From: Thermodesulfovibrionales bacterium
GTDB lineage: Bacteria > Nitrospirota > Thermodesulfovibrionia > Thermodesulfovibrionales > SM23-35
Assembly: GCA_963715195.1 (NCBI GenBank)
Contig: CAVQRT010000029.1
Location: 1 to 16,573, forward strand
Direction of reading: 5' to 3'
Length of the DNA stretch: 16,573 nt
Below are positions 14,821 through 16,573 of the stretch, piece by piece (the stretch's first letter is position 1; each line of letters opens with the position of its first letter). Position numbers and translations under genes: made by a program. The notes beneath the pieces are model-generated. The model had not been told where the DNA came from, did no database searches, and saw nothing but the letters and a program-made list of their open reading frames with translations.

Positions 14821-15060
14821 ATGTCAAATGCCGGCAAAGGCGTTAATCTGCAGGATCAGTTTTTAAATCAGCTCAGAAAAGAAAAAATTCCCGTTATTAT
14901 TTATCTGACGAATGGGGTGCGGTTGAAAGGATTAATCAAGGCCTTTGATAATTTCGTCGTCCTCTTAAAGGAAAGTAATCAGTCCCTGGTATATAAACAT
15001 GCGATATCGACGATAGTTCCGGAAAAAGAGGTTTCTTTAGTATTCGAAGACCAGCCATAG
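14821..15060 (+). CDS. hfq: RNA chaperone Hfq
   Basis: [49 protein letters not shown] at 14806-14811; mutL-miaA-hfq synteny. Confidence 0.97.
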   Translation: MSNAGKGVNLQDQFLNQLRKEKIPVIIYLTNGVRLKGLIKAFDNFVVLLKESNQSLVYKHAISTIVPEKEVSLVFEDQP

Positions 15061-15061
15061 C

Positions 15062-15451
15062 GTGCGGAATCCTCTTCCAACAGTGGATCTTATCATAGAA
15101 TCCAACGATGGCATCATCCTCATTAAGAGGAAAAATCCGCCTGCGGGATGGGCTTTGCCCGGTGGATTTGTAGACTACGGGGAAAGTCTCGAAGCCGCTG
15201 CCATCCGGGAAGCGAAAGAGGAAACCAGCCTGGAGGTTGATATAGTAAAACAATTTCATACATACTCTGATCCAGAGAGGGATCCCCGGCATCATACCAT
15301 TACGACTGTTTTTATCGCACGGGCAAAAGGCAGACCATCTGCCGGGGATGATGCAAAGGCTGCCGGCATCTTCAGGAGGGAAAATCTTCCGGAACAGATC
15401 GCTTTCGACCACCGGGAAATTATTAATGACTATTATTCAGGGAGGTATTAA
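15062..15451 (+). CDS. NUDIX hydrolase
   Basis: Nudix box [33 protein letters not shown] and AFDH motifs. GTG start. Confidence 0.92.
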   Translation: MRNPLPTVDLIIESNDGIILIKRKNPPAGWALPGGFVDYGESLEAAAIREAKEETSLEVDIVKQFHTYSDPERDPRHHTITTVFIARAKGRPSAGDDAKAAGIFRRENLPEQIAFDHREIINDYYSGRY

Positions 15452-15454
15452 CAA

Positions 15455-16133
15455 ATGCTCAAGGCGATGCGCAAGCATGCACGGTATTTTTATGTTCTTT
15501 TTTTTATTGTCATATTAACATTCATATTCTGGGGAGTGGGAACCGTCGATAAAACAGGCGGGAAAGAAATCCTCGCAGAGGTTGGGAAATACAGGATAAC
15601 GACAGAGGACTACTGGAGGACATACGACAGGGTTTACCGTTTCTACAAGGAAATTTACAAGGACCAGTTTGATGAAGAGATGGAGAAAAAGATGAACCTG
15701 AAAGATAATGTCCTCAATTCCATGATCAATGAGCGTGTTCTGCTTACAGCAGCCCAAAAAGCAGGGATTGCGGTAAGCGATGAAGAACTACAGGATTCGA
15801 TAGCCCGAGAGTCTGCCTTTATGAAAAACGGCGTATTCGACAAAGATGTCTATGTGAACAGATTACGGCTTAACAGAATCACTCCTGAAGAATTTGAACG
15901 TTCACAAAAGCAGGAACTGATTCTGAGCAAAGATGAGACGATTGGTGGAATTGTCTGTCGACGTTCCTGATAGCGCTGACGGTAAGCTTTCTCAGGACCC
16001 GTCAAACGGACAGGCTTCACAGATGATTCATCAGGCTATGCTGAATGATCTCAGGGAAAAAGCCTTAAACTCATATATAGAAGGGCTGAAAAGGAATATA
16101 AAAATAAAGGTCAACAAAGATCTCATAGCCTGA
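15455..16133 (+). pseudogene. SurA N-terminal-domain (PpiD-like) membrane-anchored chaperone with a +1 frameshift (possibly a sequence error)
   Basis: MLKAMRK..TM..FIFWG..AEVG..GIAVSDEEL..F..NGVFD..Y (15455-15970) continues in the next frame as MRRLVELSV..LKRNIKIKVN. Deleting one A at 15929-15931 gives one 225-aa ORF. Confidence 0.75.
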
Positions 16134-16153
16134 GATATGCTCATCCAACAGCC

Positions 16154-16185
16154 TTGAAAACCCGCTGATTTTCGTTTAGTATAAT
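16154..16185 (+). promoter_or_regulatory. tRNA-Leu promoter
   Basis: TTGAAA 16154-16159, 17 nt, TAGTAT overlapping TATAAT 16180-16185, which ends 7 nt before the tRNA. Confidence 0.6.
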
Positions 16186-16192
16186 AAACTGT

Positions 16193-16278
16193 GCCGAAGT
16201 GGTGGAACCTGGTAGACACGCACGTTTGAGGGGCGTGTGGGGTAACCCGTGCGGGTTCAAATCCCGCCTTCGGCACCA
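16193..16278 (+). tRNA. tRNA-Leu(GAG)
   Basis: Acceptor GCCGAAG/CTTCGGC, anticodon arm CACGT-TTGAGGG-GCGTG, long variable arm, T arm GCGGG-TTCAAAT-CCCGC, encoded CCA. Confidence 0.97.
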
Positions 16279-16292
16279 TCAATTCTTTTATA

Positions 16293-16351
16293 TTTCAATA
16301 AGTTGCAAAAATCAATTTTACATAAAACCTGTCACCAAACCGTCACCAGAA
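16293..16351. mobile_element. Candidate attL arm (IHF-like site plus 11-bp-spaced direct repeats) of an element or remnant at tRNA-Leu
   Basis: TTTCAATAAGTTG 16293-16305; GTCACCAAA 16331-16339 and GTCACCAGA 16342-16350. Confidence 0.5.
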
Positions 16352-16439
16352 ATACACTTATACAAAGACTCATTTCTCTCATTTTTTCTTTCACATTTTC
16401 TTCATTCTTCCTTCATATCTTTTGTTTAACCTAAGATTA

Positions 16440-16530
16440 GGACAGTTTGATTTTCACTCCTTTCTCTCAACCAGAGTTCCCCCGACTTTGGTTGACTCAA
16501 ACTGTCCCCCCCATTCCTTCCTCCTCCTCC
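16440..16530 (+). ncRNA. Candidate structured small RNA with C-rich / anti-SD single-stranded segments
   Basis: Outer stem GGACAGTTTGA/TCAAACTGTCC, inner stem TCAACCAGAGTT/GACTTTGGTTGA with CCCCC loop, unpaired CTCCTTT and CCTCCTCCTCC. Confidence 0.35.
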
Positions 16531-16573
16531 TAAACACCTCTTAAGGTCACACGGAGCATACGCCTTCACATAG

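Noticed and set aside
14936..15412. 158-aa minus ORF
   Set aside because: Antisense to hfq and the NUDIX gene.
16031..16434. ORFs overlapping tRNA-Leu
   Set aside because: Typical translations of tRNA sequence ([11 protein letters not shown]..), not genes.
1..16573. CRISPR array, IS transposase, retron or DGR
   Set aside because: No regularly spaced 25-40 nt repeats and no transposase, RT or cas motifs in any frame.

Overview
Bacterial chromosomal window. Gene order and protein style suggest Nitrospirota (Thermodesulfovibrionia-like); this is inference only. Positions 1-3000 are the right end of an element integrated in a tRNA-Arg(CCT) gene, with a 45-nt tRNA 3' fragment at 2956-3000 as the att site. 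Its cargo is a frameshifted DUF4833-like gene, a DUF429-like RNase H-fold gene and hicAB. A core block follows: hypothetical gene, rpsT, holA-lptE-leuS-(lapA/lapB fusion)-rsfS-nadD-proA on the minus strand, then mutL-miaA-hfq-NUDIX-SurA_N (frameshifted)-tRNA-Leu(GAG) on the plus strand. After tRNA-Leu come probable integrase arm sites and a structured pyrimidine-rich region. The most notable signal is a family of paired 7-nt tandem-repeat tracts, found both in operon spacers and in-frame inside core genes (lptE signal peptide, leuS, miaA). Other signals: rsfS apparently starting at TTA and hicA at CTG, a likely leaderless mutL, a duplicated CxWC protein 3' end bracketing island cargo, a hairpin complementary to the tRNA-Arg fragment, and a candidate anti-Shine-Dalgarno-displaying sRNA. 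All calls were made by eye, without database searches.
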